This document shows, in pieces, positions 1 to 12,600 of a stretch of DNA of 64,000 bases. A program made the translations under genes and the position numbers. The notes under the pieces were generated by a model, which had not been told where the DNA came from, ran no database searches, and saw only the letters and a list, made by a program, of their open reading frames with translations. Location: the NCBI RefSeq assembly GCF_004010195.1, contig NC_057719.1, forward strand, positions 66,175,049-66,239,048. The letters run 5' to 3'. Position 1 is the stretch's first letter; each line of letters begins with the position of its first letter. Origin of the DNA: Chiloscyllium plagiosum (Eukaryota).

Positions 1-369
1 CATTTCAGTAAGCTGCACTGCCTTTTGCATTAGCATTTTCCTTCTATCTTAACTTCTTAGAAGTAAAAAAGCAAGAGGGACTTCAGGTCAGCAAGTAACA
101 CTTCAGACAAATAGCACCCACAAGCACAGGGAGCCCAAATCTCTGTCTGACCAAGGAGCACCTCATATGCCGAGATGTGGTTTTCAAACGTTATGTCATG
201 TTATCAGTCAACACACAGCATCATTTAAATGCAAGTATTCCTTGGCCACAGGCTAATCAGGTCACTTAAGTGCCACAAGCTATTCCACTCTTCTACTGAA
301 GATAGTACTAACATTTGATGGACCTCAACTGCATGCAGATGCATTAAACATCTCCTATGATGAACTGTG

Positions 370-540
370 GGAGCAAATTACTGCAGACACTGGAATCTGT
401 ACTTGAAGCAAAAAATGCTGGATGTCAGGCAGTTCATCCTTGGAGACAGAGCAAGCTAACATTTCGAGTCAAGCTTTCTTTCTCTCCGTGGATGCTGCCT
501 GACCTCCTGCGATCTCCAGCATTTTGTTGTTTTCAGTGCT
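370..540. mobile_element. Degenerate fold-back Penelope-terminus-derived element
   Basis: Imperfect inverted arms (aaaaatgctgga...tccagcattttg) and ggatgctgcctgacct motif shared with 6750-7006 and 11677-11898. Confidence 0.5.
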
Positions 541-1743
541 GGATGAACTTTCTTTGAGAGTGAGCAAACTCATCACTTCCTCAGAGACAAATAGCGAAAT
601 ATGGCAGAGAATTTTCATTTTACACAGTGGCAAAATGTTACAAGATCTAAAAGAATCTCAGATGCACCTATGCGGCTCGACATGTTCTCATATTTGATTC
701 TTACACTGTATCATTGACTGTCCATATCAGGGATGCTGGTGTCCCATGCCTGAGACACCCTTTCAGTACCCATTAGCAGCTTTCACTGATGTGTTGCTCT
801 ATTCCAATCTTTCCCCCGATTTCCCACGGATACATGAATGGAGCTGGGGCCTTTCTGGCATACATTTGGTAACATTTGTTTGGAAACCTTTCAGCTCTGT
901 TAAAAAGAACCCATTTGGGTGAATATCTCTCCACTTTTAAGATGTTGTGGGCCTTTAAATCCTGAAGCAAAGAAAAGAAAAAACTAGCCTAACAGCAAAC
1001 TACCCATCAGCAACACTGTTAGTTCTCTGAACCTGCCTATATGTTGGGAGTAATTTTATTTTACATAAGACAGGTACCTATTCCACACCACTGTCTGTTA
1101 ATTCAGCATTGGCAACTGAAAATGTATTCTTGTCAACTTGTAATGCTATATTGGGGAAGACATCAAAGATTATTTTGATTGACTGTAATTAAATAGAATC
1201 TGTACAAGATGTCTGACCACCCCAAGTAGCATTTTAGATTAATCAATTGGCAATGATTGAATTTGAAAATTGCTATAAAAAGCAAATTGATCCTTCATAA
1301 AAATTCCAAACAATCCAGCAATATATTCTACTAGAAAAAAAGGTGCTGGCTGATTAGCAAGGCAAGTCTTCTTGCCCAAGGTGTTGCCTTGGGGAAAGCA
1401 AAGCAATCAGGTTTTGCCAACCAATCAGTACCCATTTCTCCTGTAAAATAAAACATTGTGAATGTTTTGACATTTGGTTTCCTTGCACTTGTCTTGGTGA
1501 GTGCACAACAAAAGATTCTGGCAAAATGTTTCTCTTGTCACAATATTTCAAATGATTAATTGTTTGGTTTAAAATACTTCCATTAAGGGTAAGAAATATT
1601 TTTCAAGCATACTTTGCAAAATAAATAAGCATCTTTTTTTTTGCTGAGAGTACCCATGTTTTTGAAAATTGAAGCCATCCTCAGATTTTGAGTAAGTTGA
1701 CTGCCCACACTTCACAGGTTTTCCACAGCAGCACATCACAAAC

Positions 1744-1949
1744 CTTATAGCCATTAAATACAAAGGCATTGCTGTCAGCTCCAAGTTCGACGTCAGGTCT
1801 ACATGCTGGCCTTGCCCAGCCAACACGCATTTCTCCTGCTGTCACTGCCTCAAACTCAAAGTACCACTTTCCAGTCTTGACTGCATAGGTCTCCTCCACT
1901 CGGAAGAAACGGATCTTGTCAATGCTAATTTTTTCCACTGTTTCACCGG
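1744..1949 (-). CDS. RYR3: RYR3 exon, 206 nt (SPRY2 start): (A)[68 protein letters not shown]
   Basis: tttaag|CC acceptor, AAG|gtttgt donor. Confidence 0.93.
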
Positions 1950-4900
1950 CTTAAAATACAAAAATGGCAAATTATCACATTTAAGAGGTGACAAAATGCA
2001 TTTCATGTAAAGAACTTTTCAATGTCAACACATTGATAGATAAAAATTTTGACATAGAATACTTCCATCATAATGACAGATAAACTAAATAAATTTCAGT
2101 CTCTCGTAACTTGACAAATTTCCATTTCCAATAATATTTTTCTATCTGATAACATGCTTTTGAAATGGAACCAAATTCTGCTGGATTTCCTCATTAAGTT
2201 CTGGTGCTAGGATGGGTGTAAACATGGGTAGGTTGAGAATGTTACTAATATCCTCAACACAACACATCAAAGGTATGTCAGGGGAAGTTACTGGGTGACC
2301 CAGTATACCCTTCCCAGGCTCCCGAACTCTGGCGAGCTGAAGAATGGTCTGGGTTCTTTTCAGGGCCTGTGTATATCCCCAAATGTTCAAAGAGAAAGGA
2401 AATAGATCCCAAAACTGTTCCATATTTGCATTTTTTTAAAAGAAACAAGATTCATTATTTTTATTGACTGCACTTACAGCTTCATTGGATATTCTTGGCA
2501 ATCAAAGTTCTGTAGAACTAGAAGGATCATTTTGGTACATCAGGAGAACAGAACGGGATATTCCACATCAGGGTGACAATCTCTGAAGCAGCCCTATTGA
2601 TCCAAGGCATATCAATGGGTCTGCTTGAAGAATTTAGGAGGCAACAATAAAGTTCATTCCACCACATTTGCACTGAAGGAATGGATTGTCATAATTCTGG
2701 ATTATACAACTCACATTTCTTCTAAAAACAACTTTATAAATATTATTAATGTGGACATAATTTTTATTGAAGCTGGCGATGTTTTAAATTTTGGATGTGC
2801 AATGCAATGCCCCAAGGCAAACTGAGCATTTGAAGGTGGTGATCTCAGGCAAGATGGTCTGTTATTTGTCTTATTTCTTTCAAACTTAGATGCAGCCAGC
2901 CTCACTAACCCACTGAATGAAGAAATCAATAAAGTGAGCATCACACAAGTGGTGCTAAGTATATGGCTTGATCTCAGATTTTCACTGCAATTGGCCAGCA
3001 TCATTTTATTTGTGACTTCAATTCCGTACATAAACACAGCTGCATTTTCATTTTAAGTTGAGTCAAATAAAAATTAGGTCTGCTCATAAAGTTGCTTTCT
3101 TGGCCATACTATTAATCAGACATACAGTTCTGGCACAGTGACTCAGTGGTTAGTACTGCTACCTCTCAGCACCAGGGACCTGGGCTCGCTTCCAGCCTTG
3201 GGTCACTATCTGTGTGCAATTTGTACAATCTCCCTGTGTCTGCATGGGTTTCCTCAGGTGCTCTGATTTCCTTTCACAGTCCAAAGATATGCAAGGTTAG
3301 GTGGATTTGCCATGCTGAATTACTCTATAGTGTCCAAGGATGTTCAGGCTCAAGGGATTAGCCTTGGTAAATTCAGGGATAGGGTGGGGGAAACTTAGTT
3401 TGGCTGGGTTGCTCTTCAGAGGGTCAATGCAGGCTCGATGGGCTGAATAGCCTCTTTCTGTGTTGTAAGGATTCTATGATGCATCATGTAAACCGCTTTA
3501 CTCTTTATTACCTTTACTGCCAATCTTTAAATGTCCCAAGTTTCTTCAAATATGTTTCAATATAGAGTCATAGAGATGTACAGCATGGAAACAGACCCTT
3601 CGGTCCAACCCGTCCATGCCAATCAGATATCCCAACCCAATCGAGTCCCACCTGCCAGCACCCAGCCCATAACCCTCCAAACCCTTCCTATTCATATACC
3701 CATCCAAATGCCTCTTAAATGTTGCAATTGTACCAGCCTCCACCACTTCCTGTGGCAACTCATTCCATACACGTACTACCCACTTTGTGAAAAGGTTGCT
3801 CCATAGGTCTCTTTTATATCTTTCCCCTCTCACCCTAAACCTATGCCCTCTAGTTCTGGACTCCCCGGCTCCAAGGAAAAGACTTTGCCTATTTACCCTA
3901 TCCATGCCCCTCATAATTTTGTAAACCTCTATAAGGTCACCCCCAGCCTCCGGCGCTCCAGGGAAAACAGCCCCAGCCTGTTCAGCCTCTCCCTGTAGCT
4001 CAGATCCTCCAACCCTGGCAACGTCCTTGTAAATCTTTTCTGAACCCTTTCAACTTTCACAACATCTTTCCGATAGGAAGGAGACCAGAATTGCATACAA
4101 TATTCCAACAGTGGCCGAACCAATGTCCTGTACAGCCACAAGGTGACTTCCTAACTCTTGTACTCAATACTCTGACCAATAAAGGAAAGCATACCAAACG
4201 CCTTCTTTGCTATCCTATCTATCTGCGACTCCACTTTTAAGGAGCTATGAACCTGCACTCCAAGGTCTCTTTGTTCAGCAACACTCCCGAGGACCTTACC
4301 ATTAANNNNNNNNNNNNNNNNNNNNNNNNNNNNNNNNNNNNNNNNNNNNNNNNNNNNNNNNNNNNNACAACCCTCCACCACCACCCTCTGTCTTCTATCT
4401 TTGAGCCAGTTCTGTATCCATATGGATAGTTCTCCCTGTATTCTAACCTTGCTAATCAGTCTCCCATGGGGAACCTTGTCAAATGCCTTACTGAAGTCCA
4501 TATAGATCACATCTACCACTCTGCCCTCATCAATCTTCTTTGTTACTTCCTCAAAAAACTCAATCAAGTTTGTGAGACATGATTTCCCCCGCACAAAACC
4601 ATGTTGACTATCCATAATCAGTCCTTGCCTTTCCAAATACATGTACATCCTGTCCCTCAGGATTCCCTTCAACAACTTGCCCACTACCGATGTCAGGCTC
4701 ACTGGTTTATAGTTCCCTGGCCTGTCCTTACCATCCTTCTTAAACAGTGGCACCACGTTAGCCAACCTCCAGTCTTCTGGCACCTCAACTGTGCCTATCG
4801 ATGATACAAATATCTCATATTAATCGGATAGTTTTCAGTCAGATGATGTTGACAGGGCAGCACTGACTGTCTTCCCTTGGCAGTGAATTTGGTGGCAGGT

Positions 4901-7900
4901 TCCATTTAATTGAGCAGGACAGTAGTACATGGGGACCCTCCCCACCCGAGTGAGAAGACCGTTCATGACCATCTCGGCCAACTGCTAATTGCTGCCCTTA
5001 AGTAAGTAAGCAAGCAAGTAGGAGAGTCACCACATGAAAAACCTGGGCAGCTGCCAGTCCCCCATTGCCTGACAGGTAGCAGGAAATGGGGAGGTCGAGA
5101 GAACTGCTTCCTTGTTCTTTTGTGCAACTCCCCCTTTTCCAAAAGCCAGCCAGTCCCTCTCTGTAACCCCCACCCACTCACCCACTGGTGGCCTGCCCCT
5201 TTGGCAATCCTCTACTGGGTGCAGCCAGAGTTTCTGGTGGCACCTACAGACTATGGAGAGCTGTCAGCCAATCAGTGGTCAGTAGTTGTCAGGAGCTAGT
5301 ATTTCCATGCTCAAGTTCCTACTTTCTGGGTAAGGCCAGACTCTGACCAATGAAATACCTGATGGGCACTTCCTCAATGAAAGTGGCACAGTTCCTCACT
5401 AGTTCTCCAACTGGCAGGTGACAGTCCAATTGCCAAGATTAATTATATCCTTCATTCCTCACTATGTGTGCCCAAATATAAACATTTGGAGAAAACTGCT
5501 TTTGAATTTCCTAATGATGATTAATAACATATTATTATTTAAAAGCTTAGGCTTTAAAGTTGTGAAGTTATAAATAACTTGAATGTTTGATTCATATTAA
5601 TGTATAATGTTTTAAGAACTGAAAGACATGGGGTGGAATCTACTCAAACTCTTCATGCAACTGGCTTCTTCCAAAAATCCACTTGGGACTTTGTGTGGGA
5701 TCTTTCAATGCCCAACTCGCAAATATATTAAGGCTGTACCCAATGTGATGTGTGTCAGATCACACTGCTTCATCTTTAACTCCATGGTTAGTGGAGTGTT
5801 GTAGCCTAGGCCACGGGCTTTGCCAATGGCTGGCATCCCCCAGGTGCAGGATGCTATAGATTATCCAGGTCATGTCCAGAGCACCACATTACAATGCAGC
5901 CGACTGCATCAAGAGAAAAAAGGTTCCGGTCCATATAGTCATTGGTGATCACCAATACCACATCTCTGCCAGATACCCTCAGAAATCAGAGATTCCTCTT
6001 GCTTGTCAGATTGATCCTCCACTTTGCTCCAATGCTGACTGTTCTACCCATCGTGTGCTGAAATGCTCCAGTGCAGTTCAACATTATTTCAAGGAACAAC
6101 ACATTATATGACTCAGCATTCCACAGCTGTCTGGGCTCAACACTGAGTTCAACTACTTTATATTATAACCTCTTCCTCCATCTTATTCTGTGTACTTTTG
6201 TTTCTTCCCTTTTGTTTTGCTGAATTGATCTTCAAGCTGCTCCTTTCTTTATTCCTTCATGTTGCATTCAGACATCTTGATGTGGTGATTTAAGCTTCGT
6301 TTGGATACAACCTTTGTTTCTCCACTATATCTGTTATCACATTCACAGGTTGTTACACCATGAAACCTTTCATCATCCCTGGCCTCCACCCGCTCACAGA
6401 TCTTCTGCTTTAATCTTCTTCCTCCCACTCATCTTCAAGCAGATGAATGACTCTTTCATGTCTATTTCTCTTCAATTCTGATGAAAGACCATTGACACAA
6501 AATATTAATTTTCCTTCTCTCCAAAGTTGCTGTCTGGCCTGAGACTTTCTCATCCTTACTTTTATTTGTTATTGTAGATTTACAGCATCTGCAAATAGTA
6601 AATTTATTCTTTAAGACTTGAGCTCCACAGCTTATCCATCCTTTGTCCCATTTTAACTTTCACTGCTGTCTAACTGAGTGCTACCCCATCCCAATGTCCA
6701 GTGTGTCCCAACATCCTCTCATTGCTCAATATGGGATCCTAAGTAAACAAGCAGGAGGCTGAAAGAAGATAGCATGCCAGACAGCATCAGGAGGTGGAAA
6801 AATCAATGTTTCAGGCATAAACCTCTCCACCTCCTGATGCTGTCTGGCTTGCTGTGTTCTTTCAGCCTCCTGAAGAAGGGCTTATGCCCGAAACGTCGAT
6901 TCTCCTGCTCCTTGGATGCTGCCTGACCTGCTGCGCTTTTCCAGCAACACATTTTCAGCTCCTGCCTGTCTACTTTGCATTCCAGCATCTGCAGTTTCTT
7001 TGTCTCTCAATGTGCCCTCACATCCAGAAAAGCCTTCAAATTGTTTAGAATGTTCACTTTTATTTAGTAAGAACAAACTGAACTAACATAAACAAACCAA
7101 AGCATTTCACTGTTCATATCTACCGCACCTTGGTGTCAATTAAATCCTTCCTGCTATTCTGTGCCTGATTCTGCTGCACTCTATCATATAGAAAGTAGTG
7201 TTCCTCCTTCTCAATGTTCTCATTATCCACTTTCTCAGCTCTTCAGAATCGATATCACTCCCTTGCCTGCTCCAGTTCTTCAGAACACAACAAGCAAGTA
7301 CCATTTCTTCACAACAGTTTTAGATTCCCCAGACAGATTCAAACACCAGAACCTCTCCTTCAGTATTCCTATTGTCTGATACACAGGACCATGGTTGAAG
7401 AATAGTCTGCATTGTATCTGCAGTCGGTTTCAATCGGGGAAGGTTATGTGACCCAGTCATAAACTACGGTTTGCAGAAGGTAACGCACATCTCGGAGTAA
7501 CCATCTTGGTAAGGCTCTGGCCCTTGAGAATATGAGCACTCTCAAGGTGACAGACAACATGCAGCTCCAAGGGTACCTGGCACACAATGTTAAGATGCGA
7601 TACCAATGATCACAGATAACTTGCACGTTGATGGAAGGGAACCCTTTTGTATTGATAAAGTCAACTACAGCATGAAATGAGCCTATCAACACACTTTGTA
7701 TACAGTCTATAGTGTCTTGAATCTGGGAGAAGCCATCTTTCTTTCCAAAGCCGACTGTCAGGCTGCAGCACCGACCTCTACCCTAAGGAAGTGAGATGAA
7801 GCTTTGTTTCTCTCTCCTCAGTTGTTAGCAGACCTGCTGAGTTTCTCCAGCATTCTCCTTGCTTCTTTCGTATTGCCTGCTTGATCACTTGTGCCCAGTT

Positions 7901-9655
7901 ATAAAGAAACAGTATGTGAAGCATGCGTTTATGGTTTGATGTAAATTTGGCATGCTTTGACTACAAACTAAGGAAGTTACTTGTATACATAACCAAAGAA
8001 ACTGGGTTGTTTTATAACCATGACAATTTCTATTCCGTGATCTATGGCAATTGCAAATGTTGGCTTATGGGGTACAATGGTATTAAAGGAGGAAGCAATG
8101 AAATAAAGTCATTTATAAGTTAAAATAAAACTGATAGGTTTAGGTTTTGTGTTTTTTAACATCTATGGCAAAGAGATAAGAACTTTATTACAGCCCAAGA
8201 GGGGAATAAATGCCTGAACCACTCAGTCATAAATTCAATAAGGGTAGTTTGTCCAATCTCTGAAAATCCTAATTCCCAAATTCTGCTAGCATAAAAAATC
8301 TGAAATGCTATACATATCTTAAAAACCCAATAGGAGGATAATTTAAAGTGCAGTCTTGGTTGAAATTTTTAAACACCCAGCAAATAAACTACTGACAGCA
8401 GTATTCTCTGTTGTTCAAGACATGCTGCAAAGTCAGCGCTTAAACATTGCAATGTCAACCAAAGAAGCTGTTTCTGCAAGTTTTATTTAGGCCAAAAATA
8501 AGAGACAAAATATGCACCATAATTTTAAAGAATTAGTTTTCATCAAAAAAAAAACAAGCTTCCCAAAAAGGAATGCCTAAGATCTTACCCTAACTCCTGA
8601 AACAGGCAGATTAATTGCTTGTTTCATTACAATAGATCTTATTCTGTACTTGACTATGCACTTGACTTTTTCAGTTGGGAAGCAAGAGAACTGTGTGTGG
8701 GCTTCCACCAAATAAACCTCGTGCAAAAAATACAGACACTATCGGCAGCAAAATGACCAAAGGTAACAGTTCGTTATGTTTTCAGACAAACGTTAAGCAA
8801 GGCACTAATATAATAAAGAGGAAAAGATACATTTTCAGGAAGATTATCCAAGAAAATCAACTAGTATTAAACTCAGAAGCACCTAATTGCAGGAATGTTA
8901 TACACATTTTTAGAATAACTCTGATTGTTGTTTCTACACTTCATAAACTTAACGTTTTGATATTCTCAATTGAATGATCTGTTCTGTAGTAGTTAAACTC
9001 ACCGGTTTCCTGGTCAGATGGTTCAATATTGTAACCATAGCCAATTAAAGTGCGAATTGCTTCACGTAAACTGTCTCTGTTTGACTTTTTGGTTCGTTCA
9101 TCAAGGAGGCTATATGGCACCAATCGAGGGTTCCTTTTGTTCTTGATATCCTACAGGAAGTGACAGGCAATATTACCACACCAGATTTTTATGTATATTT
9201 TTATAAATATTTTCATTCATTTAGATTTTAATTTTATGGGGTGCAAACACAAAATAATGTCCTCGTTTATACCCAAAGATTCATGTTAAAACATTTTGAA
9301 AGAATACTCTCAAGCCTACCTATTAATGACTGTGAAACAGTGGTTCATGTTAAGTGGTTCATTTTACTGCACAATGAAAGCATATCATGTTTGTGCTGAT
9401 GCTCTAAAAGAACTAGGATTCTGGGTAATCCAAGATGGAGGACGGGAAAAATTTCTGGCTGTAAGAGCTGCCCTTTTTTTGAGGTATTTTAGATGCTGGA
9501 GGTGATTTCCTCGAATTCCAGGGGCAGCAATTATTGTTTTATATGCGGTTGCATTGTTTTGGAACTTTGGAAAAAAAAGTCAGAACAACAGTTTTAAAAG
9601 GGAGAAGAGCAGACAAAGGAAGCACATGGTGAGGACAGTGCAGGAGAGAGAGAAT

Positions 9656-9694
<39 letters not shown>

Positions 9695-12600
9695 CCTGCA
9701 CGGTTACTGTCTTTGCTGGTTTTGAATTCATGTATCACTGGACATCGGAGTGCACCTGGGAAAATTAACAAACAGTGAATTTCACAACTAATCTTGGAGG
9801 AACCGGTTTGGGCAAAGTTCACAACACAGAATCAGATAACTTAATTGTTGTTTTAAGTCTGTCCAAGAAAAAGGCTGTATTAGTGAGTACAGTGGGTTCT
9901 TTCTTGATTATATGATTTTGGAGATAAGTCTCTTGATTAAACTTAAAATATAAGCCATAGCTATTAATTTAACCTGGTGCAGTGTTTTGTAGAGAAATAA
10001 GACGGTGTCATTTTCTGGGTCTGTAGATTGTGAAGGAGCAAAAATGGCCTTTGCAGTGATATGTACTTCTTGTCAGATGTGGGAGTTTAAAGAGAGTTTA
10101 AGGGTTACTGCGAATTATATGTGCCATAAATGCTGTTGGATGCGAATCTTATCAGATCGAATGGATCGGTTGGAGAGACAGATAGAAGCGATGAGGAATT
10201 TGCAACAGCAACAGTATGTGATGGATGGCAGGTATAGGAAGGGGGGCAACAGATACAGTCACAGAGATGGGTTAACTCCAGGAAGGGTAAGAGAGGTGGG
10301 CACCGAGGGCAGGAGTCTTTTGTGGATACACCCTTTTCAAACAGGTATGCTGTTTTGGAAAACGTATGGGGTGATGGATTCTCAGGGGAACGTAGCACGA
10401 ACAGCCAAGTTTCTGGTATTGAGACTAGCTCTAACGCAATAAGGGGTACGTCGGCTTCCAAGAGAGCAATTGTGTTAGGGGATTCTGTAGTCCAAGGTAC
10501 AGACAGACGTTTCTGTGGCCAGCAGAGAAAAAGCAGAATGGTGTGTTGTTTCCCTGGTGCCAGGATCAAGGATGTCTCAGAGAGGGTGCAGAATGTTCTC
10601 ACGGGGNNNNNNNNNNNNNNNNNNNNNNNNNNNNNNNNNNNNNNNNNNNNNNNNNNNNNNNNNNNNNNNNNNNNNNNNNNNNNNNNNNNNNNNNNNNNNN
10701 NNNNNNNNNNNNNNNNNNNNNNNNNNNNNNNNNNNNNNNNNNNNNNNNNNNNNNNNNNNNNNNNNNNNNNNNNNNNNNNNNNNNNNNNNNNNNNNNNNNN
10801 NNNNNNNNNNNNNNNNNNNNNNNNNNNNNNNNNNNNNNNNNNNNNNNNNNNNNNNNNNNNNNNNNNNNNNNNNNNNNNNNNNNNNNNNNNNNNNNNNNNN
10901 NNNNNNNNNNNNNNNNNNNNNNNNNNNNNNNNNNNNNNNNNNNNNNNNNNNNNNNNNNNNNNNNNNNNNNNNNNNNNNNNNNNNNNNNNNNNNNNNNNNN
11001 NNNNNNNNNNNNNNNNNNNNNNNNNNNNNNNNNNNNNNNNNNNNNNNNNNNNNNNNNNNNNNNNNNNNNNNNNNNNNNNNNNNNNNNNNNNNNNNNNNNN
11101 NNNNNNNNNNNNNNNNNNNNNNNNNNNNNNNNNNNNNNNNNNNNNNNNNNNNNNNNNNNNNNNNNNNNNNNNNNNNNNNNNNNNNNNNNNNNNNNNNNNN
11201 NNNNNNNNNNNNNNNNNNNNNNNNNNNNNNNNNNNNNNNNNNNNNNNNNNNNTGGGTTGAACTGAGAAATAAGAAAGGGATGATCACCTTATTGGGATTG
11301 TATTATAGACCCCCCAATAGTCAGAGGGAAATTGAGAAACAAACTTGTAAGGAGATCTCAGCTATCTGTAAGAATAATAGGGTAGTTATGGAAGGGGATT
11401 TTAACTTTCCAAACATCGACTGGGACTGCCATAATGTTTAAAGTTTAGATGGACAGGAATTTCTTAAGTGCATACAAGACAATTTTCTGATTCAGTATGT
11501 GGTTGTACCTACTAGAGAAGGTGCAAAACTTGACCTACCCCTTGGGAAATAAGGCAGGGCAGGTGACTGAGGTGTCAGTGGGGGAGCACTTTCGGGCCAG
11601 CGAACATAATTCTATTCGTTTTAAAATCGTGATGGAAAAGGATAGACCATTCTAAAAGATTAAGTTCTAAATTGGAGATAGTGGTGAAAATGTGTTGCTG
11701 GAAAAGCGCAGCAGGTCAGGAAGCATCCAAAGAGCAGGAGAATCAACGTTTTGGGCATGAGCTCTTCTTCAGGAATGAAGAAGGGCTCAAGCCCAAAACG
11801 TCGATTCTCCTGCTCCTTGGATGCTGCCTGACCTGCTGCGCTTTTCCAGCAACACATTTTCAGCTCTGAACTCCAGGATATGCAGTCCTCACTGTATCCT
11901 AAATTGGACAAAGGCCAATTTTGACGGTATTAGGCAAGAGCTTTCGAAAGCTGATTGGAGGCAGATGTTCGCAGGTAAAGGGATGGCAGGAAAATGGGAA
12001 GCCCTCAGAAATGAGATAACAAGAATCCAGAGAAAGTATATTCCTGTCAGGGTGAAAGGGAAGGCTGGTAGGTATAGGGAATGATGGATGACTAAAGAAA
12101 TTGAGGGTTTGGTTAAGAAAAAGAAGGAAGCATATGTCAGGTATAGACAGGATAGATCAAGTGAATCCTTAGAAGAGTATAAAGGAAGTAGGAGTATACT
12201 TAAGAGGGAAGTCAGGAGGGCAAAGCGTGGACATGAGATAGCTTTGGTAAATAGAATTATGGAGAATCCAAAGGGTTTTTACAAATATATTAAGGACAAA
12301 AGGGTAACTAGGGAGAGAATAGGGCCCCTCAAAGATCAGCAAGGTGGCTTTGTGTAGAGCCACAGAAAATGGGGGAGATGCTAAATGAATATTTTGCATC
12401 AGTATTTACTGTGGAAAAGGATGTGGAAGATATAGACTGTAGGGAAATAGATGGTGACAGCTTGCAAAATGTACAGATTACAGAGGATGAAGTGCTGGAT
12501 GTCTTGAAACAGTTAAAGGTGGATAAATCCCCAGGACCTGATCAGATGTACCCTAGAACTCTGTGGGAAGCTAGAGAAATGATTGCTGGGCCTCTCGCTG

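Noticed and set aside
1..1743. Next RYR3 exon (QRWHQG...GDVVGCM)
   Set aside because: Not found by reading; presumably lies beyond the window start.
4306..4366. Apparent ~230-bp internal deletion in CR1
   Set aside because: Coincides with an N gap whose size is only an estimate.
7444..7692. Possible domesticated HARBI1-like gene
   Set aside because: Frameshifted with degenerate catalytic motifs; a fossil transposon.
10322..11441. Long ORFs spanning N runs (also 47018-48188, 13273-13932, 51149-51937)
   Set aside because: Length is an artefact of assembly gaps; the real parts are CR1 or SINE sequence.
11660..11911. Similar [10 protein letters not shown].. ORFs on both strands and at several loci
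   Set aside because: Produced by the palindromic repeat, not a gene family.
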